Of a stretch of DNA of 64,000 bases, positions 29,601-43,261 are shown piece after piece. This DNA is from Blasia pusilla (taxonomy: Eukaryota). Numbering within the stretch: position 1 is the first letter of the stretch; every line of letters begins with the position of its first letter. The notes under the pieces were generated by a model that made no database searches, was not told the origin of the DNA, and saw only the letters and a program-made list of their open reading frames with translations. The DNA lies in contig CM114271.1 of the NCBI GenBank assembly GCA_050084515.1, positions 45,074,001 to 45,138,000 of the forward strand, given 5' to 3'. Position numbers and translations under genes: made by a program.

Positions 29601-30714
29601 ACGGGAATTTCCTCCGTCCCCGTATTTGTTCCCGTCGGGAGGAAATGAGTGGCCCTATTCCTTTTTACGGTTTTCTGCCCTGCCGTTGAGGCAGAGGCAC
29701 ACCCGGCTGCCTCGGGTAAAATGTAGAAAAACCAGAGGTAGTTCGGAACGTAACAGCAAGGACGTAAATTTTGGAAGTGGCAACTTACGAGATAGGATTT
29801 CGTAAGGATGTCGCTACACCTACGTCGCGCTCTATGAGACGTCCGGTTGCATAGATCGTCACTTTGTCCTCCCTCCTTTGGAATCAGCTTTATCAGCTAA
29901 GGGTGCCGCGTCCACATGGTTGTTTAGGGTTACGCTCGGTCCGTGCCCACTCAGGCCCCAGGTGACTCCAGTCACTCCACTACGACATGTCCTGTCTATG
30001 CTAGTAGTTACCATTAGTTATTGCTTTGGACCTAGTAGACTATCCCATTTCTTGAAGTTGGTTGACCTTGAAATCTATCTCGTTCCATCCATTGGTCTGT
30101 CAAGGGATCTGTGAAGTGTGAATATCAGGATCCCAGTTTCTTGATCGCCGAAGGTCTGCACCGACTGCCCAGGACTTCCGTGTTGACAACAGTATCCATG
30201 GGCACAAAGTCGTGAGCGTAAGACCTATGAAAAAGGAAAATAATTCCAATAAATTTGAAGAACTTTTGTTAGAATATAATCCGTGAAGTGACTAATGTTC
30301 CTCCACAGAAATTCAATTTTATTTTATTTTTTGAGTTTGTGTTTGCAAATCAATAGAACACTCCCCGTGAAAACCCTGGGGCCAAAACCGGCCCGGCTAT
30401 CCTCTCGCCCCGGCGACCGGGCCATGCTATCGCGCAGGACCGTCCCTCCTCGCGCGCGGGAACGGAGAAGGCCTATGATGGTTGTGGTGATTTACAGCTT
30501 TCCGCTTTTAAGGGGAAAGCTTCCTCAAGCTTCGTACACAAAGACTACGGTAACGGCACACAAGTCTTGTGACGTTTTGACTGGTCAGGTAGAGCATCTA
30601 AACCCGAGATTCCTAGACGTTGTGTTTTCCCGACACAGGGCTCCGCGGTGGCGATGTCCTTAACTTATCAAATGCCCTACTTTACTTGTGGTTGGACGTC
30701 CGTGAGGTGCGTAT

Positions 30715-30928
30715 CAATGCTCGGCAAGAACCGGCATTCTTTGTTAAAAAGCCGGTTGAGAACGTGCGATTCCCGGTTCAAATCTGAAAGTTTTGGAAAT
30801 TCTCGACGAGAAAAGTGAGTTTTCTTTGTTAAATTAAAAAAGACCGGCTAGAATGGAGAAATTGCCGACTACCTTGAGAGTTCTCTCGGAAAGCTACCGG
30901 TATGCATAAAAATCCTTGCCGAGCACTG
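30715..30928. mobile_element. 214-bp hAT-type MITE
   Basis: TIRs CAATGCTCGGCAAG and CTTGCCGAGCACTG (13/14 match). Perfect 8-bp TSD GTGCGTAT at 30707-30714 and 30929-30936. Confidence 0.9.
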
Positions 30929-31421
30929 GTGCGTATCCACCTCCGGCTGACGGGATTCCACCATAAAAATAACTAGAATGATACCAGTCTTATGCACGTG
31001 CATCCTTCTAGTTCTCGCCGGTGGACGGGCGACAGGAAAAGAATTTCTTGCACGCGGTCAAGTTTTGGGCTTTTCATTTGACTATTTATCACACGTGTAA
31101 GGACGGACTAGCGAGAGAAAAACTTTTCTTCTCCGAGAGAAAAACTTTTCTTCTCCGAGAGAAAAATGTTTTTGCACGAGTCTTTGGTCCTCCTTTGGTG
31201 TTAAATATTAAAAGTAAAGCAGAATTTTAAATTACCTATCCAAAATATGTAATTGAATTTGTATGGAATTGTTGAATGGGATGAGTTCAATTATATACTA
31301 TCCTATTCAATAAAATAGCAAAGGATTCTATTGGCTAAGAAGGACATGTGACTAAAGAGGGGAGATATTTGAAAAATAAAGAGGCACTCTTCTATAATGA
31401 TATAGATTTCTCATATCTAAC

Positions 31422-31563
31422 ACTTGTAAACAACATAAGAACTTTCAACATGGGAGGAGGATATAAATTACTAACTTTGAAATCAGACCTAACTTGTAAA
31501 CAACATAAGAACTTTCAACATGGGAGGAGGATATAAATTACGAACTTTGAAATCATACCTAAC
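31422..31563. repeat. 70-bp tandem duplication
   Basis: acttgtaaacaacataagaactttcaacatgggaggaggatataaattac.. at 31422 and 31492. Confidence 0.9.
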
Positions 31564-33899
31564 CTTTTTGAGACACACTATTAGAAAAGCCTAGGATAAT
31601 TGTTAACCCTAGAAGCAATACAACTTGGCAGGGCGATCTATATTTGTAATTGAGGATTACTTCCATGATAACACGTGGTATAAATCATGTCTCAAAAAAA
31701 AAGTGATAACTAGTGTGTTGCCTTGGCATGAGATGAGTTAGGCAAGGTGCAGGATACTCGGATGGAAGGTATGCCAATTGATTATGGAGCAGGCCGGAAG
31801 TTGCGTTGAAGTTGCATTCTCACGGGCAGATGTAGAATGGGTGAGAGATACTGGTTTATGTGCAATGAAGTGTGTGGCAGCCTATTGTGGAAAAAATTTG
31901 CATTCGAACATTATAAGATTTTAAGATGAGTAGGATAGTCATTCAATTCACACGAACCACGACATCATAAAGGAGGTTGTGGCACAATTTCAACACATAG
32001 TGGCGCTAGGGACCACTCCACATCGTGGTCCGGGAGTTTTTTCGTGACAACGGGTACATTTCGGTCTCTACAAAACCAGCGGCAATTTTGAAGATTTCGT
32101 CATTCCGGCCCGGCTAAACAGATATCTGAATACAAAACACACCCTCCCTGAACCCTCGGTTTTTAGCGGTAAATGACAAACTGAATCGGAAATTCTCAAA
32201 TTCTTCCGCCAGCTCAACACCAACGCCCGGTTCTCCGGACATTGCTCCACATACTGAAGACAACAAACAAACTCGCGCAATGGATATGAAGGCAAGGGCC
32301 ACTCGTGCTGAAATGTAGTCCGTTTGCCGATATCTAAGTGTGAAGATGACAATGGACATATGCAAAGTCAGATATTCTAACGTGGACATAAAACGGGCAG
32401 AGGCAAGAATTTAAAACGGAGGCTGCACATAATGGCAATGATATTTAAATAAAATAAAAATCGGATGGTGTATTTGCACCGGCATCGCAAAACTTGTTTT
32501 CAGCATCCTAAACCTTACTGAATGATGTCAAGAAAGCGGCGGTAAGTTCTAATCCGAGGATGCGTGCGTGCCAAGAGGGTCGGTAACCGTGGGCTAGAGG
32601 CACTTCTATGTGTACTACTCTTCAGTTTAGAGCTCCTCCATTTGTCTACTGCCTGCTACGGAGACTTTCTAAAGTTGCGTGGTTTGAATAGCATATTCGA
32701 CGACCAGTATCACGAAAGGGTTGGATGTTTATAAGATCCCGGGTTTAATCGGACCGAAAACGTCGGCCTGGGTTGGCTTTTCTAGTGTAATGTTAGATCT
32801 TCCCCAACAACGTCGATGATAACCAAACCAGGGGTTATGTGTTGACTTGGCCGGGTAAATTACCGATTCAATCTTTCAGTCAAAAACCAACGGAGTATAG
32901 GTTCTCTTTTCTATAAAAATAGCCGACCCGAATCAAGAAAACGTTAAAATTTATTCTGTTTTGTTTTGAAAAATCCATCCGAATCCTGGATGAGTAAGGG
33001 GAGTGAGAGTGGACAGAGTCGGGAGCTTTTCCAAGGCATTTGAAAATTTTCTAATCCTGGCTAAGATAAGGGAGATTTTTTTAATCTCTCAGCCGATTAC
33101 TGCTATTTAGATTATCATGCGGTTTTTCCCTTCTAGCCAGTCCTGGTTGGTATAATTTGAACGAGTGTGAGGCCCTCTCATCTCATCCAAAATAGAATAG
33201 TGAGAGTTTTTATTTCTAAAATGCTAAAAATATAAAATTTTGATATTTTTAGAATAAATGTGTTATTTGCCATATGTTCATTCCTTCTAAAGAGGTGTTG
33301 TGGCAATGCTGAATTTTTATTTAAAACAATACACTATATTTGGAGCCCTAACAAGACAATTAAAAAATGGTTTTATTTTTTAAAACGGTTTTAATCCGAA
33401 TGTTAAAAATCGTAGCCACTCTATTTATGGTATTTTGAAATGGGCGCATCAATTTTGAGTTGTTTTATCGGCCGACGGAAAATTTCCGGCACATGTGTTT
33501 TCTCGGACGTCTGCCAATTTTTGCACATATGTAACAAGCCTTTTTTATCTTTCCCCTATGTTTTCTCTCTTTACCTTCACCTCATCATCTACCTTGCTCC
33601 TTTTACACAGGAGCAAACCTCCCTTCCAAAATCTTCCCTTCAAAATTTGCATGGAGGAAATCTTCTACTCTCTACCTTGAGGTATCATGGCGTGAGCCAT
33701 GCCTCCCCCACCATTTGAAGCCAAGGATCATACCCTCTATAATACTTGGAGCTCCTGAGCTCCAAGTGTTCTAGAAGGGCTCTAAGTCCTACAAAACAAA
33801 ACACACATCAAACTAACAAGTCAAGAGATGGGGCAACACATTCCGTTTCTACTTGAGAGTTCATGTATCGATCGGGATTAGAATACAAGGACCTAAAAT

Positions 33900-35900
33900 C
33901 AGCAGATGTTTTCCACAATATGATAGATTCACACAACATGTCGTCGTAGTCACTTGCAGGTCCTTCTAAAGCAATCATTAGTACAACATCTAGATGTTTA
34001 GTACCTAGTTTTTACAAGTCTTAGTCTTAATCAAATTCTGAATTGGGAAAGCCCTCTCACATATGGCAGTGCTAACATATTGAACCCTTGCAACATTAGC
34101 CAAAACAAGAAAGTTGGAAAACTTACATTCTAAAGTGGGGCTCCAACTCACCATTGCCCATAAATCTCTGAAATTACGATCTTTCCACCCAGTTGTAGCC
34201 ATCAACTTGAATGATTCAAATTCCTCCATCACTATGACAGAGGGTTGGAGATATCCCTTGAATGGTAACTCACACCCAAAATGTGCACACAAGTCTTCCA
34301 AGTCCTTAGATCCCCAGCTATTTAACCCAATCTGTTGGGAGCGCATGTGCAATGGGTTCAAAATTCTCATTGCACCAATAAGATTGTTATCCGTAAATCT
34401 TTTCTGCAATTCTAAACAAACACTTTCAGCATATGACTTTTCAAATAAGAGAGTGGCTTCCAAATCCTTGCATGAACGGTCTCTCAACATATCTATGCTA
34501 TGAAACTTATTATCCATGATCTCGGATTGCAAACGTCTAAGATATCGATTTAGGGGGGCGAAAATCAGGTAGGATATGATAACCTGTTTCTTCCGAAAAT
34601 CTAGATGCATTGAAATGTAGACTCTCCATCACAAAATTCATGGTAATAGAAGCAATCTCAAAAGTAACAATGTTGCCAATAGTACTAACGTCAAAAGACT
34701 TGTATTGGAAGATCTTAGTCAAGTTAGCAAGGCTGGAAAGAATATCAGCTAAAAAAAAAGTGATAAGTGATTTGGAATGACCTTAACTTGTTGTATAAAT
34801 TTGAGGCATTTCGTCATCTTATGAAGGGAAAATATCTCTGAAAATGTCAATATAGAGTCAAGCGAATCACACAATGTACATACAGCCTGCCAATGTGACA
34901 ACCATCTTATTTTATGATATCTCTTCTTGACTCGTTGAGAGTCATTCAACTTCTCTTGAAGTGATGCTAGGTTAGCTTTCCTCTTTGATGACCTTTTGAA
35001 ATACCCTCCTATGACATTCAAAATAGAATCAATTTCTGTTGAAATGACTTTACAATAAGATGCTCTCGCTGATGTTAAAGCCGCAAGATTGGTTTTTTGC
35101 GCTATATAATGCACCGAGAGCAGAAACTGGTTAACCTTTTGCTTCAATTGAGAAGCTACCCCAATTTGGCTACCTACCATTGTAAAGGCCCCATCTGAAC
35201 CAAATCCAACCATTTTGGAATGCTCTAGTCCTCCATCTTTCATAAACTCCAACAAAGTATTAGTGATAGCATTAAAACATTTAGATTCACAAAAAATAAA
35301 CCCTAGAAAACAACACTCAACGTGTTCCTCTTCTATGAATGTTGCAAACACAACTAAATTCTGTGTCACCCAGATATCAGTAGACTCATCGATCAGAATC
35401 CCAAAGAAACGAGATGATTGAACTCTATCTAGAGTCCTCTTTATCAAAATTTGGCAAATGAAAAACACATCTTACTACAACTCTTTTCATCTTGATAAAG
35501 GTCCCTGGTGATAGATGCATTCATAGCAAGCAAAAATTTACATCGAGCGATGAATTTTGAGAAGGGCATGGCCTCCTTTGCAAGAAAATATGCACACTTT
35601 AGAGTCAAGAGTGCGACCTCACAGTTTCGGTTGGATGTGGCGATGGCCTTTGCCATAGATTTCTTACCCCAATTGGATGCCCAAGCAAGCTTTACATGCT
35701 CGTTCGATTTTGCATGATCTATGAATGCGAAACTTTACAATTGATTGCACCATCCATAGCAAATACACTCTTGCCCCTACCCTTTCTCTGAGACATTATA
35801 ATGGATCCTCCCACTTGTTCTATCAAATCTTATCCAATCATACATTGTATATCACACATCCTTCCAAGTTACACGATTTTTCTCAGATATGGATGAATTT
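33900..35900 (-). pseudogene. hAT-family (ZNF862-like) transposase, degenerate
   Basis: FFGILIDESTD, GFGSDGAFTMVG, LSVHYIAQKTNLA, IRWLS, VSTAICERAF and LDVVLMIALEGP (hAT dimerisation domain). Frameshifted. Confidence 0.85.
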
Positions 35901-38900
35901 CTCCCTAGCGTACTTTGGTCTTCCCTCTCATCGGATGATCCCGACAAGCTATGACATCGGACTGTTCCTTCCAAAGCAATTCATTCATAGTTTGCTGGCG
36001 GTTAGCCATACCAAACACAAGCCAAAGTAGAGCAAAGTTGGGAAGTCTTGAGTCGGAAGTACATAGGTCGTGCATGAGAGTACTCTAAATAGCACTATGA
36101 GTAAGAGGTGTGGGATGCATAATCTGTCCTAAATTTTGGAACGCCGGTCGTCAAGCATAGGAAACTACGGCTCTAAACATCTAAAACTAATGGAGTCAAG
36201 ACGCAGAGGATGCAATGAGGCACATGCAGGTCCCTGCTGGAAATTCATGTTGAAGGTAAAAATATTTACATTCATCACGAAGAACAAGTTGGAAAACACA
36301 TGGAAGTTCAAACCTAAAACTAAACCTCCATAAGACTTAAGTTTTTCGGGCACAACCTATGCTGCCCCAATGCACAAGTATGAGCTACAATAGGACCTTT
36401 GATGTAGCACATCAAAAGCTACAACACTAGTGAGCAATCGCCTCAATCGATGCCATAATCAAGCTCGACCATACTGATCATCAAGGAGAGATCGGGTGAG
36501 GACATTCGGCCATGACCAGGGCTTTGCAGCATGACCATGACGCAACAATTGCTAGCAGCGTGGCTACAAGGCAGCAAGAGCAGAGATCTTGCAGCGCGAA
36601 CTAGGGAACCGCAATAAGAGGATAGCGTGGCTAAAAGGCAGCAAGAGAGCTATGAACGCGACTACCAGGATTCATGGAATAGCACCAAGACTCCAGAGCG
36701 GCGTGTCACCAAAGCGAGAAATACAACTATGAGTTCCAATAGGAAGGAAAGCGGCGAACTAAATAGGCAAGAAAAGACACATGTCGAAAGCGGAGGCTCT
36801 GGCGCACCGGCAAGCAAGAGTGCACTCAACGAGCAAGAGCTTCCCAAAGCGGGCAGAAGCCAACCACAACAGCAAGCAAGCAAGAGCGCACAAATCTCTT
36901 GCTCTTGCTTAGTCGAAGGCTACAACAGCGAGCAAGAGTGTACAACCGCTTAGCGTAGCAACAACCAAAGCGCGCGATGGGCAAGAGTATCAAGCGGTTC
37001 AGTCAACAAAAGGGCACCCTAAAATGTAAAACCCTTTAGTGTGCTTGCCAGGAGAAAATAGGCTGGAGCCATATCCCCCTACCCTTCTCAGCCCTCCAAT
37101 CTCCTGTCCCTGTCAGAACCCTAGTACTCTGTCCCACCGATGTATCTCTTCCCGTGATAGGTGGTTTGATTGCAAAGGTTTCAGGAAACGACTGCCCGAT
37201 TTCCTAGAACTCACTCAAGAGTATCAGATCTTCCGGAGGGGAATTTTAAAGTCAACTTCTGGTTTTACTTATTAGTATGAGCTACAATAGGACCTTGAGA
37301 TTCAAAAGGGCACCCTACATTGAAAGTTTGTAAAAGAACTTTAACCAATGGATTCTAAGTTATTCAGAATTTGAATCAGTAATTTTCAACCTGCCAAAAC
37401 TAGGCACATAATCCCAGTTCTCCCTGACATTGGAGTGGACGTTTATCTCTAGACTTTTGTTCGGAGGAGTCATATCGAAAATCGAGCAGGAATATACTTT
37501 CAAACCTCACATGGGTATGTTTTAAAAATTATAAAAAAACACTACTGATTTATATTGAAATTATAAATCAGTAGTGGGTGTCAATAATGATATGTGGATT
37601 AATGGTGTGTAATCATCCATCATTGATATAAAAATATTACCACTCCTTTTATTCACTGCTGAAATTATATGTGATCACTTTAATCCTATTGGCTCAACAG
37701 GAGAGGAATTTGAAAATGGAAGGGACACTCTTAGAGCACGATTAACATATCAAACCATCATGCTACTCCAATGTACGTTAACTTTAACTCCCCATATGCT
37801 TCATGGAAAAGGACTATAAAACATGCTCTCTCCAAGCGGTTCTAATTAACGTATTTTTTGGACCGTGAACAGTCAAATAATTACATCCTAGTTTCATAAA
37901 CTAGAGCTCAACTTGGAATCTTTTTGTATCAGGGAGGAATTGTGGGGATGCTAGTTTCCTGAAATGATTTCCAGCATTTCGAAACTATGACGTGCAGCTT
38001 GAATGTCAGAGGAAGAGAAGATTTTGTCGTGACCATTTTGTTCTCCTAAATTGATATTCAAGCACATCCACTTCTGACTAGCTTACTCTAAGCGACATAT
38101 TATCTGTCACGGACTATCCAGCCTGAACATAGGATCTAGAGTCCCAAAGCAAAGACAGGCAATACTTAATGACTAGTCTCCGAGAATTTGACGAGGAGCC
38201 ACAAAGCTGAATCAACTCCTACTAACGACACTCGACATTGGTGCCTACACACAATGATCCTGTCGAGCCTCTGTCAAATGTGGTGTGCTCCTTTGAGCCT
38301 TCATAATCGGAACCAGTTAAATGTTAAAACTCCGAAACCACGAGCACATGTTACAGAAGGATCGCTGCTAGTGCATAAATTCAACACTTAGATATACCAC
38401 TGGTATGAGCTTCTGTCCATGTGGTAATACCTGTAGCACCGTCATACAAAGTCAGATAGATACAGAAACTTGATGAGTACAGCTGAAATTCATCAACACA
38501 TTTTCTATTATGGGTTGGATCCTGATCTTCACCAACACCCATATGAGAAAAGACGCCTATGAGAGGCTTTTGGTTGTGACAAGTGCTTAGATGACATCTC
38601 ACCAAATTTCAAACTATCACATAAGTCAAGGATTTAGAGAAACACTCACCAGCATCTGGCCCTTTCCAGTATGTCAAGCACACGAGAGCTACCTCCATCA
38701 GGTCCGTCACATGGTATGTTAGATTTTTTAAGGCATGAAATCAGAACCTGTCGCTTCCTTCCAGGTAGCCCCAGATAAACCTGCACGTCAATTGATCATG
38801 TTTGTGATCCAAGTTCCTCATAATATTACCATTATATCTAGACAATGATGCATAAAAATTTGCAGACTGGGAGGAGGATGGTTAACTAAGGAATGTGTAA

Positions 38901-39325
38901 AGATAGAGACATTACAGAAGAAAACATGATCCATGGTCTAGTCACACTACAACCATGTTTCACTTTAACTCAGGACAACTCAGATGTTCAAACAAAAGGG
39001 TCCCAGCATTCTGAAAAAGAGTCTATGGAGCCACCAAAGATCTCAATACACAGATAGATAAGCAAACATCCGAGCGAGGTTATTTATAACAGTTTAGTGG
39101 GCAAGTATCTTAGTAACAGAAAGCAGATGAGAGAAGGGTATGATGAATGCACCGCTTCTTCAATCAAAGCTTTTAAAACGAAATTCCTTTGTTTCAAGTT
39201 AGATCCACGGCAATAACGAAAATAAAGGGCCCGTTTACCTCAAGAGTTCGGACTGAGAATGAAAAGGTCGAGGTTCAGTGGCTTTTTGCAATTTCTTCTG
39301 AAAAAAGACTTCTTTTGAAACAAAT

Positions 39326-41927
39326 TCATGGCCTCAAATCACTTTGGTAGTACTCATTGGGAGTCCCAGCCAAAACTTGAATGCTTCAACTGCCTTCCGC
39401 TTTCTCAGCTGATTTGGCACGTCTTCTAGCTGATACATGCTTGCTAGTGTACAAATTTGAGTAAAGCTCGATGAACATACGTTTGTATTTGGTCTTGTCT
39501 GCCAAGATACCCTCCTGCTCCATACAAGAGACCACTTCCAAAGCTTTCTGGAAATACCCAGCTCTAACGCAAGTGTCGACTAGGCAATCTAACAACCCAC
39601 CATCTGGAGCAAGCGGCTCAATTTCACTTCCTTTCTTTGCCATTGTCCTTTCTTGTATTTCCTTCCAAATGACAAGAGCATCACCAGCTTTACCAGCTGT
39701 AGCATATCCTTTCACCAGACTTCCATAAGTGGCCACACTAGGTGTAACCCTGCTCCTTCATCTCAGTGAAACCTCTCTTTGCTTCATCCATCAGTCCAGC
39801 CCTACAGTAGCCATCAATTAGCACATTCCACGCAATCACATCCACTCTCATCCATGGATCCTGCTGCATTTCTTCGAACACTTCAGCCACCAATCTCAGT
39901 TGCCCATTCCTTGCAAACGCCTTCATTAGAGTGGAATAACTCACCTCGGATGGGGCGATACCAGCAAACCTCATTTCCCGAAAAACTTCCAACGCAACCA
40001 CATTGTCATCCCTATGAATGCACCCGTTGATTAAAGTGTTGTACGACACTACGTCGGTGCAATGCCTGCAGCTTTCATCTCTTTAATCAGCTCGTAAGCC
40101 ACAGAGAGTCGACCCGCATTGCAGTAACCCTTCAGCAAAATATTGTAGGTTACCAGATTAGCAGGTACTTTCTGAGCAGCCATCTCATGAAGAACACTTC
40201 TTGCTTCGTCCATCAATCCCTACTTCACACATGCGCTTAAGACTGTTGTGTAAGTGACCTCATTAGGTTGACTGCTCGCGTCTTCCTCTTTCTGCATAGC
40301 TATAAGAAGCTGAACCCATCTTTCATTCGGCCTTTCTTCACATAGCCATTCATCAATGTCGTGTAAGTGCGCACGTCAGGTTTCACGCGGCATCTCCAAA
40401 CCGAATTCACCGTTGTCCTCTCCGCACTCTTCTTCATGGCCCGCTCTGGGACCTTTTCTTTCCTCATAATTTTCTCCAGCCATTGGGATGATTTCGTGGA
40501 CTTCCGCTGTCCTACTTCACGCGAACGCTCCGTTGGGAAGGGTTCAAATCCTTCAAAATTGCGATTGCCTCGAACCCTGCTGCATTGCCTGCACCACTTT
40601 CTCTGCCTCATCCAGTTCTCCCAAGCTCACATATGCATGAACTAACGAATTGTAAGTGGACAAATCAGGCATGATCCCCACCTCCATCTGCTGAACGACG
40701 ATGGGGAGTTGACATATTTCCTCGGCTTTGGCAAATAAGCTTAATCAAAACGTTGAAAGTGACAAGGTCTGGTTCCACTTTGAAAATTTCCATGCGCTCC
40801 AAAAAAATCTCTGCTTCCTTAACTAGTCCAGCTGTGGCGCATGCATTGAGCACCGCATTGAATGCACCGGTGTCCGGTCCCATCTTTCCACGCTGTGCAA
40901 TAGACCCTTCTCCATGCATGGGACCAACAGAGGTTTCCTTTTCTGATTCCCTCGCAGAATTCCGGGAGTTTGAGTCGACCATGACTAAGTTACAAATTTC
41001 GTCGAACAGCTCCAGAGCTAAAGGTGCATCGTATGGGTGCTTTCCGAGACGACTGACTACTGCGCTCCAGACTTTCACAGGTGGATATGTCCCCATATGC
41101 AACATGACTCTTGTGATACTGAGGGCGTAACGTGCCGCTCCCCACGCGCAGAGGCCATAACAACCAGACCCAGTGCATCTGTGTCTAAGAGACACACCTT
41201 CTCTACGTTTTGGAGATCGACCAATATACTCTGTGCTCGTGAAAGGGCAGAAGGGCTGCCCTTGTGAGAAAGCTGTGCTACCAATCTACTGCAGCACACT
41301 TGGGATGGCAGCATACCAACTCTTCTCAATTCTTGATGCAACTGCCATGCATCCTCTGTTCTTCTTTCCTGAAGAGCTCTCAGCAACCTTTCTTCAATTG
41401 TGTCACTGTCAAATCTTAAAGGCAAGGACTGAGAACCAACACAATGCACGCCAATTCCTCGAGCTCCAGGAGGTCGAATTCTCAGTTGTTTGACTGTTCT
41501 ACCTGGCTGCAGAGAACCAAATGAGCACTCTCAACATACCATGGCTTACGGCAACAACTTGAAGGCTTGGTGATGATTAAACCCTGCTACCATTCTTGTT
41601 ACCACATTCCAATACAGACCCGTGTGCACATATTGGCAGTAGAAATGCCTAAAACTGGAAAGAAAAACAGAGTTGAGAGAAAGGGCGGTGGTCCGTTGAC
41701 GCCATTTGCGTACGGAGGATGGCGAGGAACACCAGGTCTCCGAGAATGACTGAACCAGCTAGATTCGAGGCAATGTCATACCTTAGGAGCTACAAAAGAG
41801 AACGACCGTCGCATACGCCGGGAAGACAAGACACCATATAGTGTGAGCTTCACGAAGGGACAAGTGCCCTGCACAGGGCCAGAGACAGTGCATCCACTCG
41901 CATCTGGAAGTGCGATGTAGATCCCAT
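39326..41927 (-). pseudogene. HCF152: P-class chloroplast PPR protein, HCF152 (At3g09650)-like; reading frame disrupted in this sequence; predicted intron 41507-41781
   Basis: CSRLVAQLSH..LSRAQSIL, PPVKVWSAVV, PDTGAFNAVLNACA, successive PPR motifs, and the characteristic C-terminus KTKYKRMFIELYSNLYTSKH..KAVEAFKFWLGLP(NEYY). Several frameshifts and an in-frame TAG near 40221. The start codon is tentative. Confidence 0.85.
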
Positions 41928-43261
41928 AACCTTTCTTCTGCCTCGTCCTCCCAAAACCAAAGGTCTACAGGACACGCGGATAGCATAACTCGCGGACGTG
42001 AGCTGCGATGAGGCAGGCGTCTCTGGCGAACATGAATTACAACCTCCGCCCGTCTGCAACCCCAGTGCAAACATCTCCGCTTCCTGCCTCTGGCAATCCA
42101 ATCCGGGCAGCGAAATCCTCTGTCGGCGCACCCGCAGGTTCCTGATCACACACTCCCGACAATTTTCCGCTCACCAATCCTTCAGACACCCTGTCCTTCT
42201 CCTGGACGCCTCTCCCTTCCGTCTCAGGAATCTTCTCCTCCCATCCTCGCTCTGCACAATTTTGAAGGTTCTGCGTGCCATGGCCCCTCCGCGAGCCTCG
42301 TGGCCCAATTCAAAGTCTCACAAACCTGCCGAAGCGGCTCGCAACACACTCTCTATCATTCCCCACTTCCCCCGGCTCTCACCAGCAATACGTCTCTACT
42401 CCTAGTCTCCTCCTCCTATGCTCTTTTCACACGCCCGCCACTGGTTTGCTTACGTGTGTTCGTCTGAACACAACTCAACCCCATCCACCAGGCGATTCGA
42501 AACTGTCAATTTACACCCGCGATGGTGATACGTGTCGTCACAGGAGAATGACACGCACGTTGCTCGCATTCAGAGTTGCATCCTATCGGCCCGGCTTGCG
42601 GGCTTTCAATTTCGAACAGAAATTCGCTTAAGCGGCTCCTGCAGATACATCCCTCTTTCGATGGCCCCTCGGTAATTTCGTAGGTCAATGGCCCCTGGCC
42701 GTGCCACGTAGGATCTGCAAACCGGCCACGGAGATCTTGATACCGAAATTCACCCCGACGCACTTGAATATACATCACCTTCCAAATGGATGGTTGTTAA
42801 CGTAGAGTTCCGCTTATATGTAAATCCACTTTATTATAAAATAAATCTCAGAAGATGACAAAGAAAGGTAATAACATTTCAAAAGAGGAGTCAAAAAATG
42901 TATAAAAGAATGCAAAAAGAAAATGGCAACAAGCCAATGCAAACATCGGCTCAACGAACTTCACGATTGATAACCTGAAACAAATCGACAAGAACACGAA
43001 TGGTTGGTTAGATGTGAATGGAATGACGGCGTAGTGACCCCCACCACCTCCATACGACATATCAATGCCAAGGCTTGTGCACATTGTAAGGCCACTGAGA
43101 TGCATTGCCGAAAATAAGTTGTAACTAGCGAGAGAGAAGGACTACGGGAAGGGGCAAGGTGATGATTCTCGAGGGAGTGGTGAGCACATGTTTTCAGGAA
43201 AGTATCAAAAAACACATGTAAATGACCGGTGCAAAAGGAATAAATCCATCCGCCGTAAGTC

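Noticed and set aside
27900-30600. Short ORFs in a more complex, possibly genic region
   Set aside because: No recognisable domain or consistent exon structure was found by eye.
36300-37330. Short duplicated blocks (gtatgagctacaataggacctt; caaaagggcacccta) and the S/Q-rich ORF 36627-36953
   Set aside because: These are probably non-coding TE interior upstream of the hAT transposase. No TIR/TSD pair was identified.
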